A stretch of 63,412 bases of DNA, the filler included, from Globobulimina sp. (taxonomy: Eukaryota), in NCBI GenBank assembly GCA_003354225.1. It is 44 parts of 44 records of this genome, joined end to end, with 100 filler letters (N's around TTAATTAATTAA, not from the genome) between each part and the next. Parts side by side here need not be neighbours in the genome. Positions count along the whole stretch, not along the records: positions 62,070 to 63,412 come from PIVH01018305.1; 43 more parts are not named here. The stretch is one strand, 5' to 3'. Positions 62,344 to 63,412 of this stretch are shown one piece after another; the stretch's first letter is position 1, and each line of letters opens with the position of its first letter. The notes under the pieces were generated by a model, which saw nothing but the letters and a program-made list of their open reading frames with translations, had not been told where the DNA came from and did no database searches. The position numbers and the translations under genes are program-made.

Positions 62344-63162
62344 TTATAAACCTGTTTTAGGGTCCACATATAATAAGGGCAACCTCTTACGAACAATTTC
62401 AGTCCCCGTCATCATAAAAATAAACATATTTGAACCAGCGGGACGTCCCTTGAATGTCAAAAAGCTGTCAAAAATCCCACGATGTCCATATTTACCATCC
62501 TTGATTTTTACCTCTACAATACACCCCAACATTAACCGGCCAAACTCATCCGACAATATCTCCATTCGATGGATGGCTCGCTTCCGTATAAAATCCAAGA
62601 ATAAATTATTAATCTCACCCGCCAATACCTCAGAAATTGCATCATATCCATCCAAACTACACTTCTTCCTCACATCCTGCGCATATTGTAAACCAATCTT
62701 TGCACTTCCAAATATTTTCTCAGACGACTCTGCAAAAGCAATACGAGCCGCCTCCAATACAACTAAACCCACAAACAAACGTAAAACCCAGAAAAACAAA
62801 AAAAAGAAATATCACACACTCGATGTCTGTGCAATTGCCTCGCGATGGGCAATAACACTAGCTTTTCGCGCTCCAATAGTACGACACGGCATCAACGCCA
62901 TAAAACGATCACCCAAAAACATACAATTCTGCTGCGCTGCAAAACAAAGATCAAATGTATACTGCCGCTCCTGTTCCTTATCATCAGTAATAAAATCAAC
63001 CAATAAATTCTCACCGAATGGCCATAATGAATCGCTTAATGATATTGGAATAAATTCCCAATCATACAAACCAAAATCTTGTACGCCAATTGCCACCTTC
63101 TTTTCCTCTTCATCATCAACTTGGTCAGCTTTCTTTTTTTCTGCAATTGGAAGAAAAGCCAT
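62344..63162 (-). CDS. Spliced hypothetical protein
   Basis: MAFLPIAEKK.. exon and ..VLEAARIAF.. exon separated by a T-rich GT-AG intron at about 62820-62763; further exons likely downstream. Confidence 0.55.
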
Positions 63163-63412
63163 GATGAAAATAAAACAACGAAATACCCAAAATACAAAAA
63201 ACTGTGTCACAAAAAACTGTGTCACAAAAAACTATCACACAAAAACCTATACCTTAATTTCCAAAAAATGGAATAACTTTACCACACCAATACAACAAAA
63301 AAGATCCTACGGGTTACAAAACTATTTTAATCATTTCCATCATGAAAGAACTACAGTGAACCTAAAACAATAAACTACACCACACAACAAGCTCAAAAAA
63401 TACAAAATTAAT

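Noticed and set aside
62099-63373. 424-aa plus-strand ORF
   Set aside because: Antisense shadow of the spliced minus-strand gene; K/N/T-rich composition follows from strand skew.
1-63412. Operon-like linkage between neighbouring contigs, or an alternative genetic code
   Set aside because: Contigs are ordered by size, and in-frame stops in conserved genes are explained by introns under the standard code.

Overview
This window is not a continuous locus. It is about 44 unrelated contigs of about 1,343 bp joined by a 100-nt artificial spacer (N44-TTAATTAATTAA-N44), so adjacency across spacers means nothing. Most contigs come from an AT-rich eukaryote with short spliceosomal introns (about 48-150 nt). 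The gene families (SPRY-like, REJ, TRAF-type RING, divergent alpha-tubulin, Cys/PT-rich surface proteins) suggest a foraminiferan or other rhizarian; this is an inference, not a verified assignment. Recognisable genes include a dual-specificity phosphatase, a TFAM-like HMG protein, a xylitol-dehydrogenase-like SDR, a GH33 sialidase, CNNM, VPS9, a class-3 lipase, glutaredoxin, a CtlX-like amidinotransferase, a Dabb protein, an SMG1 fragment, a Upf1-like helicase and proteasome alpha-6 with a GC-AG intron. Non-host material includes a phage-like DUF262 contig and a bacterial DUF4230-like fragment. Several contigs look chimeric or internally deleted. The two most notable observations are (1) a Polinton/Maverick-type capsid module whose major capsid gene carries two spliceosomal introns, next to a divergent penton-like gene, and (2) two ends of a Harbinger/ISL2EU-type DNA transposon family on separate contigs, linked by a shared 27-bp terminal repeat, with an intron-containing transposase at one end and a PHD-like companion gene at the other. 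All family assignments are from motif recognition, with no database search.
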